This document shows positions 9,450 to 18,914 of a DNA stretch of 64,000 nucleotides, one piece after another. The stretch is from positions 1,024,001 through 1,088,000 of the forward strand of contig CAXXJV010000001.1 in the NCBI GenBank assembly GCA_963663475.2, in the 5' to 3' direction. The stretch is from Candidatus Cloacimonadales bacterium (lineage in GTDB: Bacteria; Cloacimonadota; Cloacimonadia; Cloacimonadales; JAFGVF01). Under the pieces are notes generated by a model. The model had not been told where the DNA came from, searched no databases, and saw nothing but the letters and a program-made list of their open reading frames with translations. Within the stretch, counting starts at the first letter, position 1, and each line of letters opens with the position of its first letter. The position numbers and the translations under genes were made by a program.

Positions 9450-10583
9450 TTATTTGTTTAGTATTTCTTTTGCTTTATCAGCATTGCTTGAACTAACGAG
9501 AATTATAGGGCCAGTACAACCCATACCTGTTTCAGCATAGATGTTTTCTTGCCAAAGTTTTTGGCAAGCATCTTCAATTTCTAAGATATCAATACCAGAT
9601 ATTTGATAAGTAACAATCTCTTTTGCAGGTACTTGAATAATAGCATTAGACTTAGCTTTTTGCCCACAATGTAGCTTTAACAGGTCATTTAGTCCTGCTT
9701 TATTAGCTAGAGCAATTTCAGCACAATTAATTTTCATAATCTTATTAGTAGCAGATTTGGCACAGTAGCTTAAAGCACTAACTATCAAAGGAGCTCCAGA
9801 AGCTCTAGAAATAATGTTAATTAGATTAACACTACTATCTTCATTTGTTGGTAAACCAGGACCATAGCCAGAACCACTTGTTTCATAGTTACCACCACTA
9901 GTAAAGGCAGATAAGACTTTGATAAGTAGATTACCTGTTAGTGAATCACATACCATAATATCAGGTGTTCCCATCAGCAAATCATTACCTCGCATCACAC
10001 AACCACCATCAGCCCTAGCAGAAGTAGCAAAGTTTATATCATAGCCATTTGTCTTTAAATCTGTTAATAATTTTTCTACTTGTCTGGCTCCTTCAATATT
10101 AAGGATACCTACTTTTGGTTGTTCGATTCCATTTGCCTTAGCAGTTGCAATAGCAATAATAGTGTTTTTTACCATTGCTTCAACTCGGTTAATGGCTGTA
10201 GTTCCAGTAGTTGTGGCAATATACATTTCTTTTCCTAGACCAGGAGTAATAACTTTACCTACTGTGGAAACTCCGATAGGAAAGTCATAATGCAAAGTAA
10301 CTGCACCATCAATTTTATTATCAGTAAATAGTTTATTCATGATAGCATGAGCAGCTTCTAAGCTGTCTGCTTGATAATGTTCAAAATCACCTAGCTTTTT
10401 GCCAATAAGGACAGGTGTATATTCTTTTAGGTTAAAATTGCTAACTACTTGCTCCCAAATTTTATCATCATGCTCACTCCCAATAGTAGTCAAGGCAATC
10501 TTAACTTTGGGTGCATAATTGCCAGATAAAATATCATCAGCTATCTGGTTAAAGCTTTGGGCTATAACTTGCTTAGTTTTCAT
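9450..10583 (-). CDS. grdD: Glycine reductase component C, alpha subunit (PlsX-like)
   Basis: HYDFPIGVSTVG, MRGNDLL, catalytic GMGCTGP; last gene of the grd operon. Confidence 0.93.
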   Translation of the reverse strand: MKTKQVIAQSFNQIADDILSGNYAPKVKIALTTIGSEHDDKIWEQVVSNFNLKEYTPVLIGKKLGDFEHYQADSLEAAHAIMNKLFTDNKIDGAVTLHYDFPIGVSTVGKVITPGLGKEMYIATTTGTTAINRVEAMVKNTIIAIATAKANGIEQPKVGILNIEGARQVEKLLTDLKTNGYDINFATSARADGGCVMRGNDLLMGTPDIMVCDSLTGNLLIKVLSAFTSGGNYETSGSGYGPGLPTNEDSSVNLINIISRASGAPLIVSALSYCAKSATNKIMKINCAEIALANKAGLNDLLKLHCGQKAKSNAIIQVPAKEIVTYQISGIDILEIEDACQKLWQENIYAETGMGCTGPIILVSSSNADKAKEILNK

Positions 10584-10585
10584 TA

Positions 10586-12124
10586 TTAAACCTCTTGTTC
10601 ATTTGTTAATAACTCAGCAGTCTTCTTCATAGCCTGTGCTATCATAATTTTAATTTCATCTTTATCAATATGGTTATCTTCTTTTGCTTGGAGGCCAGGA
10701 TTCTTTTCAATAACCAGTGAGATTCCGTCAAAGAGATTAGTCATCCTTCCTAAGAAAAGAGAACCTTTACCAATAACCATAAAATTATCATAATCTCCTG
10801 CGAGAAGATGCTTTCTCCCATGACCAATAATAGGGACTCCAGAAGGAATATGTCCTTGGGTAGGAGCGAAGCCTTGGTAGCCATGTTCTTCAACAAATTT
10901 AGGCATGTCTTTTCTGTCTAATTGACCAGATTTTACTGCTAAAGCCCCAATCATTTTGATATTTTGGGTTGGTACGTCACCAGCTCCTGCAGGAAGAGTC
11001 ATTTCAGGAATTTGCATTTCAGCTGAGAATTTATTAATATCAGGAATTTTTTTACCAATTTTAGCTAAAGGATCTAGAACAAGAGCGGTAGTTACAGCTT
11101 GGGGAGAGGAGCCATGTCCTACTGTATGGCTACCTACAGAATCAGTTCTAATAATTGGATTTATGCCATCATTCTCACTGATTAGGATAGCAAAAGTTCC
11201 CAGAACATCTTCGAGAATTGGCATGTCTTTTTTTACATGGTCTTTACCATTCATTCCTAGTTTAGCTGTAGCTCCACCAGCCAAAATTACAACATTTTTG
11301 AAGATACCACTTTGGACAAGAGAGGCTGCATTTACAAGAGAATGAGTAGGAGCAGCACAGAATCCACGCATATCAACGCCAGTAGCATTTTTTAAGCCAA
11401 CAACTTCTGCGATAGATTTAGCAAGGTTTCCTCCACCACGCTGGTTTTGGTCTCCAATAGCTTCTTCAGAACACTCAATTACATAGGCTATATCATCAGT
11501 GTTAAGGTCTTTAACCAGATGTAGTAGTGCTAAGACACCAGAAGCTTTTACTGCAAGGTTTTCTAACATATAGTGAGATGATAAATTAGGGTCACTTTTA
11601 TGAGCATCAAGAACGCAAGCGACTAATTGACCTTTTTCATAAAGACCTTGGGCATTGTCAGCAAGATAGCTTTCAAGTTCAGTTTTTTCTATTCCATCTT
11701 TAATTTTATCAGTAAAGTTCTTTAATAATTCATGTTTACTAAATTTCTCTTTGATTCTCTGGGCAAAAGTACTTTCTAATTTTACTAGGTCAAAAACATC
11801 AGAGATTTGGATAAGGCCATAAAAAAGATCTTGAGGTAGAATTTCTCCAAAGAGTCCTTGCGGATTTGCATCTTTATCATAGTTGGCATACCAAGGTTTA
11901 GGAGCACTAGCTAAATCTTCAGGAGTCATGTTACCAATATAAGTTTGATAAGGGGCATAACCAACAACTTCCGCAAAGGAACGAAGATTAGATTCTAAAT
12001 TTTTTACATAATCAGAATTAGGATTCTTGCTTCTTTCGTTAGTTTGAGTTGTTCCATTATGAATCAACATATCAGGAGTATGCACTAGGGCATAAGCAGT
12101 CTTTTTTATAACAGGGAAATTCAT
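10586..12124 (-). CDS. grdC: Glycine reductase component C, beta subunit (FabH-like)
   Basis: ECSEEAIGDQNQRGGGN, GFCAAP, PTQGHIPSGVP. Confidence 0.94.
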   Translation of the reverse strand: MNFPVIKKTAYALVHTPDMLIHNGTTQTNERSKNPNSDYVKNLESNLRSFAEVVGYAPYQTYIGNMTPEDLASAPKPWYANYDKDANPQGLFGEILPQDLFYGLIQISDVFDLVKLESTFAQRIKEKFSKHELLKNFTDKIKDGIEKTELESYLADNAQGLYEKGQLVACVLDAHKSDPNLSSHYMLENLAVKASGVLALLHLVKDLNTDDIAYVIECSEEAIGDQNQRGGGNLAKSIAEVVGLKNATGVDMRGFCAAPTHSLVNAASLVQSGIFKNVVILAGGATAKLGMNGKDHVKKDMPILEDVLGTFAILISENDGINPIIRTDSVGSHTVGHGSSPQAVTTALVLDPLAKIGKKIPDINKFSAEMQIPEMTLPAGAGDVPTQNIKMIGALAVKSGQLDRKDMPKFVEEHGYQGFAPTQGHIPSGVPIIGHGRKHLLAGDYDNFMVIGKGSLFLGRMTNLFDGISLVIEKNPGLQAKEDNHIDKDEIKIMIAQAMKKTAELLTNEQEV

Positions 12125-12157
12125 TTATTAATCCTCACTATATATTTTTTGTTTGGA

Positions 12158-12185
12158 CTGGGCTGTAAGCAATCTCACAGCCCAG
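12158..12185. other. Intercistronic stem-loop between grdB and grdC
   Basis: CTGGGCTGT...ACAGCCCAG; no U-tract on the coding strand, so possibly an mRNA-stabilising hairpin. Confidence 0.5.
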
Positions 12186-12192
12186 ATTTTTA

Positions 12193-13494
12193 TTATTTTT
12201 CAAAGATAGTTTGCTCACTTATCTCAGTTTGTAAGGCTTCTAAAGCTCTTTCAACAAGAGAATAACGTAATTCATATTCCTTATCTTTACTTAGGTTAGG
12301 ATCACCTAATGGATGTGGGATAGCCACAGTAGGTAAGATTCTATTAGCTCCGACAGTAAGAGATATTGGAGTAATAGTACACATGTGAACTACTGGCAAT
12401 AATCTTTCAATTTCTTTAACTAACGTTGCACCGCAACGAGTACAAGTTCCTCATGTAGAGGTTAGAATAACAGCGCTAACACCATCTGCAACTAGCTCTT
12501 TAGCAATTTCAGCACCCCATTTCTTGGCATCAGCAACAGCAGTACCGTTACCAGTAGTAGAGTAGAAGTAATTATGGAGTGAAGCAATTTTACCTTCTTT
12601 AACCATGTTTCTAAGAACATCTACAGGGATTACCCTATCACTGTCTTGGTTAGCATAAGTTGGGTCGTAACCACCATGAGCTGTCTCGTATGTATCAGCA
12701 GTCAAATCACTAACACCAGTGATATCATATTTTCCATACTTTGAAGCACTAGATGATTCGATGTGGTCTGGATTACCTTTTGGAACAATTCCTCCCGAGG
12801 TAACAATAGCAATTTTTGCCTGTGTGATATTCTCTACTGGAGCATGTGGTTCTACACTATCAAAAAGAGGCATTGGAAACTCTGTAGTAAAGTCTTCATT
12901 ACGAAGTTTTTTAACTAAGAGATCAACAGCTCTAGCAGAGCCTCTTTTGTCTGCGAAATAATTAACTCTGATACCACGTGGAATATAGCCTTCAGCTTGT
13001 GGATTTCCAATCTCTTCTTTGTTGATAATCTTTTTTAAGAACTTTCCTAAGGCTGGGAGAGCTTTTCTCATGCCAGCAGCACTATTGCTTGTTTCTAGAA
13101 TGTAAGCATCTTTAACAAACATTTCTACACCAGGATTCTCAGGGTACATGGCTGTGACAACTGGAATGCCCAATTCGTTCTTAACCGCTTGGCAAATAGC
13201 TCCGCAAGCAACACCATATCTTCCTGCATTAAAAGCAGGACCTGCAACAAAGATATCAGGGTTATATTTCTTAATCATTGTGATGATTTCAGCTTTAGCT
13301 TGTTCCATGTTTTCATTGAAATAGGTATCACCACATATCACTGTTGCAACTATCTCTGCCTGTCCCTTCAACTGGCTATTTAAACCTAATCCAGGACCTA
13401 CAAAACCTTGTCTTACTTCAGGTTTATGATTGGCAAATTCTTCTCCACCAATTCCTCCATAGAATTGATTTATATAATGTACAATTTTAATCAA
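12193..13494 (-). CDS. grdB: Glycine/sarcosine/betaine reductase selenoprotein B (433 aa, Sec348)
   Basis: ORFs 12451..13494 and 12193..12399 are one frame joined across TGA (12451-12453): ILTST-U-GTCTRCGATLVKEIER (UxxCxxC); TTG start with AGGAG RBS. Confidence 0.95.
12424..12438 (-). promoter_or_regulatory. Candidate bacterial SECIS hairpin of grdB
   Basis: CGTTGC-GGT-GCAACG starting 13 nt 3' of the UGA, G in apical loop. Confidence 0.65.
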
Positions 13495-13530
13495 TTTTAA
13501 CTCCTTGATTAAATAAGTGAAATACTTTAC

Positions 13531-13998
13531 CTAAGCAGAACAACTGCTTCTGATTGCATCCATCTCATCACAAATAGCTTCAACATCTAATACCATTTCC
13601 ATCATTCCACATTGGTCGTCATAGACTTGTGGATCGCAATTGTCCTTGATAATAGGCTCAACTACATGGTAAACAGGAAGATCTAAAGCAATGCCAGCAA
13701 GTGGGCCAGCAAATGTAGGGTCTCCAGTGAGAACTGTTTCAGCAGCCAATCCAGCAGCTTCAGCTTCAGCTCCACCTAGAATTACAACTAAATTGTCTTT
13801 TCCTTCTTTTTCTGCAAAATCTTTAACTCTTTTTTGGATCTCCAGATCCATGGCTCCAGCCGCTGTTCAAACAAAGCATTCTGTTGAAGCAAAAATAACT
13901 TCCGCTCCTAATGTTTTTACAACTTCAGCTATAGCAGGTCCTGGTATTCCATCTCTATCACCAATTACTATTGCTTTTTTACCTTTGAATTCTTGCAT
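13531..13998 (-). CDS. grdA: Glycine reductase selenoprotein A (155 aa, Sec44)
   Basis: AGGAG RBS, ATG 13998: [23 protein letters not shown]...STECFV-U(TGA 13867-13869)-TAAGAMDLE; CxxU motif. Confidence 0.95.
13835..13850 (-). promoter_or_regulatory. Candidate bacterial SECIS hairpin of grdA
   Basis: TGGATC-TGGA-GATCCA starting 17 nt 3' of the UGA. Confidence 0.65.
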
Positions 13999-14018
13999 TT
14001 TATTATTCTCCTTTATTA

Positions 14019-15305
14019 TTAATATCCTTTGGCACTTAAATTATGAAAGCCAACCTCTGATGTAGAACCTGTAATAAGTTGAATTTCTGCTTCAATAGAA
14101 CCATCTTCTCTTAAGGAACCTTGGTGGCCACCTGCTATCTTATGAGCTGCTTCTGGATGACCAATGACCCTTTGCATTGGCTTTAATACTATCACCTGAT
14201 TAGCATTACCCCCTGTAACAACGGCATCGCCTGCTGGGGTTGAATCTGCTAAAGATTGTGACCCACCATCTTGGCCAGCATATTCATCAGTCATTAAAAC
14301 TGTCTTGATACCTTTGGCTGAGATCTTATTACAGTTCATAACTAAGTCAGCATCAGGATTACCAAAGCCTTCTTCAGAAATTATGACTGCGTCTGCACCC
14401 ATAAACTCAACTAATTTAGCTGTCATATCAGAAGATCTTTTCTTATCTGCTAAATAAACATTTTCGTTTGTAATCACCACTCCTAAGAAATTATATTCCT
14501 TACCATGAAGAGCATATAAATCTTCAATTATTGGATGATTTTGATGGACATAGGTAGGATTTTTATCACAGGCAGAAACACAGTTTCCACTCAAAACAGC
14601 ACCATCAAAGACCTCAGTTGGATAGATTATGCTAGGTATGATTTTTTTAACATCTACTCCATAAACATAAGTATCGTGAAGTAATCCTTGACTCTGTAGC
14701 ATATAGACATAGACTACTTTGGGAAGGTCAGGATATTGGGCTGCTTGCTCTAATAGAGGTTTTGTCTCAAAAGTAGTAATTTGATCAGGCTCTAGATCTT
14801 TAGCAAGTTTTCCTAACCAGGAAGCAGCATTTAATCCAATTAAACGAACAGCTTCTTCATGCTCATGAGCATCAATACCATCTATTGGCTCACAAGTAAT
14901 TACCAGGTTGTTTAGCTTAGAGAATGGAGTGTATTTAGCCCCTTCCCCTGCCATGTCAATTATCCCTTCTTGGAATCCTACAATCCTACCTGTTGTTACA
15001 ACTGCCATACCCTTTAAGACATGAGTTCTTCCTGAACCAACTGTATCTACAGGACCTATCATACCAGGGAAGATAGTTCCAGATCCAGATACTTTTACCC
15101 GTGGCTCAATAACATCTTTAACTGGGATGATTCTGATGTCTTCACCAGGCTTAGCAATATCCAGAGCAAGGGACTTTATTCTCATATCAGTAGATAATTC
15201 AGTCAGCATTTCTTCCTTATTAATATAAAGAATACCTTGGTCAATTCTAGTTGTTTCAGAAAACTGAATATCTTTTATCTCGATTTTTCCAATTTCTAGT
15301 TTCAT
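14019..15305 (-). CDS. grdE: Glycine reductase component B proprotein (alpha/beta)
   Basis: [32 protein letters not shown] cleavage region, EEGFGNPD; start taken at MKLEIG (15305). Confidence 0.93.
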   Translation of the reverse strand: MKLEIGKIEIKDIQFSETTRIDQGILYINKEEMLTELSTDMRIKSLALDIAKPGEDIRIIPVKDVIEPRVKVSGSGTIFPGMIGPVDTVGSGRTHVLKGMAVVTTGRIVGFQEGIIDMAGEGAKYTPFSKLNNLVITCEPIDGIDAHEHEEAVRLIGLNAASWLGKLAKDLEPDQITTFETKPLLEQAAQYPDLPKVVYVYMLQSQGLLHDTYVYGVDVKKIIPSIIYPTEVFDGAVLSGNCVSACDKNPTYVHQNHPIIEDLYALHGKEYNFLGVVITNENVYLADKKRSSDMTAKLVEFMGADAVIISEEGFGNPDADLVMNCNKISAKGIKTVLMTDEYAGQDGGSQSLADSTPAGDAVVTGGNANQVIVLKPMQRVIGHPEAAHKIAGGHQGSLREDGSIEAEIQLITGSTSEVGFHNLSAKGY

Positions 15306-15318
15306 TTGCTTATCTCGC

Positions 15319-15654
15319 TTATAGATTTTTATAAATTGCTGCAATAAAGCTGTCTATGTTATCAATATCCTCATCAATTTCATCTGGAGAAATTCTCCCC
15401 ATAATATCACCTTGAGAATAGATAATCATTGCTGGTAAACCCATAACTTTCTGACTAATAGCAAGTCTACGAGCTCCCTTAATATTCAAACTTGCGAATT
15501 TGATTTTATCACTATATTTAGCTTCTAACTCGTGCACTCCTGGCATAAGCTCTTTACAAATTTCACAACCATCACTCCAAAAATCAACAAATACAGCCTT
15601 GTCTTTACATTCAAGAACTTGGGCTTCAAAATTGTCTTTTGTTAATTCAATCAT
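15319..15654 (-). CDS. trxA: Thioredoxin of the glycine reductase system
   Basis: VDFWSDGCEICK CxxC motif; position in operon. Confidence 0.9.
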   Translation of the reverse strand: MIELTKDNFEAQVLECKDKAVFVDFWSDGCEICKELMPGVHELEAKYSDKIKFASLNIKGARRLAISQKVMGLPAMIIYSQGDIMGRISPDEIDEDIDNIDSFIAAIYKNL

Positions 15655-15665
15655 GATTTCTCCTT

Positions 15666-15941
15666 TTATATTATTTTACTTAAATCATTTAAGTTGTTTG
15701 AAGTCACTATTTTCTTTATCTCTCCCTTCTCTATTCTTAGAATAGTTGGAATGTTGGTGATACCATACTTAGAAGCTAGCCTCTGATTCTTATAAGCATC
15801 AATTTTAACTAACTTTGTCGATGTTTGTTTAGCATGAATCTTTTCTAAATCAGAAATTGCTTGCATACTGTTAGAATCAATCGGACTCCAGAAGGCTACT
15901 AAGACAGGATCTGCACTATCTCTAACTTTCTTATTCCAATT
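15666..15941 (-). pseudogene. Cys-less thioredoxin-fold domain in frame with trxB, separated by a single TAA
   Basis: After trxB ...KYIEEE-TAA the same frame reads NWNKKVRDSADPVLVAFWSPIDSNSMQAISDLEK...KYGITNIPTIL; no RBS for an independent start. Confidence 0.7.
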
Positions 15942-16874
15942 TTACTCTTCCTCAATATACTTTTCTGCCACAACTGCTGCTACAGCACCGTCGCCAGCTG
16001 CAGTTACTACCTGACGTAAAACCTTATCAGTTACGTCACCACAAGCAAAAATACCAGGAATGTTTGTCTCCATTCTTTCATTTACTTTGATATATTTCTG
16101 AGGACTTAACTCAATTAAACCTTCAACAAAAGTGGAACGAGGAACTGTTCCTACAAACATAAATACTCCATCACAAGCAAACTTACTTTCTTGGCCTGTT
16201 TTTACATTCTTAAGCATGACGTGATCAACCATATCCTCTCCACCAATCTCTGATAGAGTTGAATTCCAGATAAATTCAATTTTTTCATTCTCCATTGCTT
16301 TCTCTTGAGCAACTTTATCTGCATCCATTATGCCTTGGTCATGGATTACTATCATGGTTACTTTATTGACAAACTTAGTTAAGTATATTGCCTCTTCCAC
16401 TGCTGTATTACCATTTCCTACTACAACAATATCTAAATCTTCAAAAAAATCTGCATCACAAGTAGCACAATAGCTTACCCCTCTTCCTCTGAAGGTATTT
16501 TCACCTCTAATTCCTAAAACTCTAGGTTCTGCTCCACTTGCTATGATTAGAGTTTTACTCACAAAAGTCTTGTCTTTAGTTATGATTCTCTTTAAAAAAC
16601 CACCATCTTCCAACTCTACTTTTTCTACCTTGCCCTTGGTAAATTCAACACCAAATTTATCACAATGTTCTTTGAATTTATCCATTATTTCAGGTCCAGA
16701 AGCAGATGGGAAACCTGGATAATTTTCCATCTCACTGGTAGTAGCTGCTTGGCCACCTGTCTTTCTCTTCTGCTCAATAACTAATGTCCTCATCTTAGCA
16801 CGAGCGGCGTATATGGCAGCTGATAAGCCACCTGGTCCACCACCAACAATTATTGTATCATAAATCTTTTCCAT
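15942..16874 (-). CDS. trxB: Thioredoxin reductase
   Basis: GGGPGG FAD motif, SYCATCD redox motif, GIFACGD, QVVTAAGDG. Confidence 0.95.
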   Translation of the reverse strand: MEKIYDTIIVGGGPGGLSAAIYAARAKMRTLVIEQKRKTGGQAATTSEMENYPGFPSASGPEIMDKFKEHCDKFGVEFTKGKVEKVELEDGGFLKRIITKDKTFVSKTLIIASGAEPRVLGIRGENTFRGRGVSYCATCDADFFEDLDIVVVGNGNTAVEEAIYLTKFVNKVTMIVIHDQGIMDADKVAQEKAMENEKIEFIWNSTLSEIGGEDMVDHVMLKNVKTGQESKFACDGVFMFVGTVPRSTFVEGLIELSPQKYIKVNERMETNIPGIFACGDVTDKVLRQVVTAAGDGAVAAVVAEKYIEEE

Positions 16875-16886
16875 TAGAACTCCCTT

Positions 16887-17261
16887 CTATTCCATCGCTT
16901 TTAATATTAAATCATAATCAATAGTCTGATAATCTCTGAGGATTTCTTGGTCTCGAATTTCTACAGGCCTATCAGTAAGGAACTTAACATAACTTGCTTT
17001 AGCTTGTTCAATTAATTCTATTGATTCAAAATCAATCCTATTTGCAGGTCCATCGGAAACAACTATAGTCCGGTAGAGTGTTTCATTTGGTTTTAAAGAA
17101 CTATGTAGGGGATGGGTTAATAATTTATAATTCTTATGGAGTAAATCTCTTACCTTGACTATTATTTCAAGGGCAGATATATCTCTATAATCAACTTGCA
17201 ACGAGCTAATATTTAACTCTTTGAACATTGGGTTATTAGTTATTATAATACCTTTTTTCAT
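16887..17261 (-). CDS. grdX: GrdX-family protein
   Basis: IITNNP, LLTHPL.SSLKPNET.YRTI; first gene of the grd operon. Confidence 0.88.
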   Translation of the reverse strand: MKKGIIITNNPMFKELNISSLQVDYRDISALEIIVKVRDLLHKNYKLLTHPLHSSLKPNETLYRTIVVSDGPANRIDFESIELIEQAKASYVKFLTDRPVEIRDQEILRDYQTIDYDLILKAME

Positions 17262-17330
17262 TTTGTCCCCTATTATAAAATGATTAATGAGTAATTATTA
17301 CTCAATATTACTTAATATAATTATATATAT

Positions 17331-17346
17331 TGCATATATCGTGCCA
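17331..17346 (-). promoter_or_regulatory. sigma54 (-24/-12) promoter of the grd operon
   Basis: Minus strand TGGCACGATATATGCA: GG-N10-GC, 70 bp upstream of the grdX ATG. Confidence 0.8.
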
Positions 17347-17528
17347 AAAATATTAAAATAAGATTATTCTACTTTCTGATAATTAGGGATATTAAAGATA
17401 GTGCTAAAACTTGTGATATCATGCTATGTGAGAGTTATACTTGCAGGAATAAAGAGGGAAAATTATTTACATAGAATAATTTATTAGAGATTATAATAGC
17501 GAAAAAGTAAGAAGATTGGTATAGGATA

Positions 17529-17563
17529 TGGGTAAATAATACCCAATGAGGATTAAATACCCA
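17529..17563. promoter_or_regulatory. Tandem 17-bp palindromes, candidate enhancer (UAS) for a sigma54 activator
   Basis: TGGGTAAATAATACCCA (17529-17545) and TGAGGATTAAATACCCA (17547-17563), ~185-215 bp upstream of the -24 box. Confidence 0.65.
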
Positions 17564-17579
17564 CTTAAAAATAGGGAAA

Positions 17580-18914
17580 TTACTTATTCTGATTCAAATC
17601 AAGCTTCTTTCTCAGGGTTTTTCGATCAATAGAAAGAATCTCAGCAGCTTTAGATTTATTACCTCCAGTAAATTCTAAGACTCTTAGTATGTGTTCTATT
17701 TCTACCTCTTCAAGTGTCTTAAGAATATCACTAGATTCTTTAAGATTAGTTTTCATATAGTCTGGTAAATCGCTTTTAGTTATTAAACCATCATCATCGA
17801 AAACTATAAGTCTCTGGATAATATTCTCCAACTCTCTAACGTTACCAGGCCATTTATAATTTTTAAGCATTTGCAAGACTCCGTCATCAAATTGAGGAAC
17901 TTGTTTATTAAATTCACGGGCGAATTTAGAAGCAAACCAAGAGCTTAATTGCAGGATATCGTTGCCTCTATCTCTGAGAGGAGGAAGGTCTATTGAGATA
18001 ATATTAAGTCTGTAATAGAGGTCTTCTCTAAATTTTCCAAGTTTAACAAGTTGAGCTAAGTTTTTATTAGTAGCAGCTAATATTCTCACATCAATTTTTA
18101 CAGGTTTATTAGCACCGACCATATAGAATTCTTTTTCTTGGAGAACTCGTAATAGTTTAAGTTGGAGCATTGTAGAGGTTTCAGAAATTTCATCAAGAAA
18201 TATTGTTCCCTTATTAGCAGAATGGAAAAAGCCTTCTTTGGTATGGTCTGCTCCAGTGAAAGAACCTTTAATATGGCCAAAGAGTTCGCTCTCTAGGAGA
18301 GATTCTGGTATAGCTCCACAGTTAATGGGTACAAAGGGGGCAGAAGCTCTATAGCCACTGTAGTGAATTGCTCTGGCAACTAATTCTTTACCAGTACCTG
18401 ATTCACCATTAATAATTATTGTAGAGTTGATAGAGCAAGTTTTTTCGATAATCTTAAAGATGCTTTGCATTTCTTGGGAAGAGCCTATAATACCAAACTT
18501 TTCCCCAATTTTAGACAGGGTTGGGTTTTCTAAAGATTCTCTGTCGTTAAGTTTGTTAAGAACTTCCTCAACACTTTTTAAGAGCTCTTCAGAAGTAAAG
18601 GGTTTGGCTAAATAATTTTCAGCTCCAGCTTTGACTGCTTGCACAGCTGAATCAATAGTAGGATAATCTGTAATAATCATTGCTTGAGTTTTAGGGTGGT
18701 GTTCATTGACATATTTGACCACATCTAAGCCATTAATTTCTGGTATCTGCAAGCCAGTAATGAGCAAGTTTATCTTCAGTTCAGTTAGAATTTCACGGGC
18801 TAAGGAGAAGGTTGTAGTTGTATAGACTTGGTAACCTTTACGAACTAAGTTTCTTTTAATTATTTCTAGTGTTTTTTGGTTATCATCAAAGATAAGGATA
18901 CTTGCATTATTCAT
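17580..18914 (-). CDS. NtrC-family sigma54 activator with pseudo-receiver domain (Asp54->Gly)
   Basis: GESGTGKE, ESELFGH.KGSFTGA, FLDEI, FREDLYYRL, WPGNVRELEN, Fis-type HTH; receiver beta3 reads NLLITGLQIP. Confidence 0.92.
   Translation of the reverse strand: MNNASILIFDDNQKTLEIIKRNLVRKGYQVYTTTTFSLAREILTELKINLLITGLQIPEINGLDVVKYVNEHHPKTQAMIITDYPTIDSAVQAVKAGAENYLAKPFTSEELLKSVEEVLNKLNDRESLENPTLSKIGEKFGIIGSSQEMQSIFKIIEKTCSINSTIIINGESGTGKELVARAIHYSGYRASAPFVPINCGAIPESLLESELFGHIKGSFTGADHTKEGFFHSANKGTIFLDEISETSTMLQLKLLRVLQEKEFYMVGANKPVKIDVRILAATNKNLAQLVKLGKFREDLYYRLNIISIDLPPLRDRGNDILQLSSWFASKFAREFNKQVPQFDDGVLQMLKNYKWPGNVRELENIIQRLIVFDDDGLITKSDLPDYMKTNLKESSDILKTLEEVEIEHILRVLEFTGGNKSKAAEILSIDRKTLRKKLDLNQNK

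Noticed and set aside
12193-12399. Separate 68-aa gene, and grdA starting at 13851
   Set aside because: Both are artefacts of treating Sec UGA as stop; merged into grdB and grdA.
15942-15944. Third recoding site (Sec/Pyl) in trxB
   Set aside because: The codon is TAA, not TGA/TAG, lies outside a redox motif, and TAA is used as a normal stop throughout the window.
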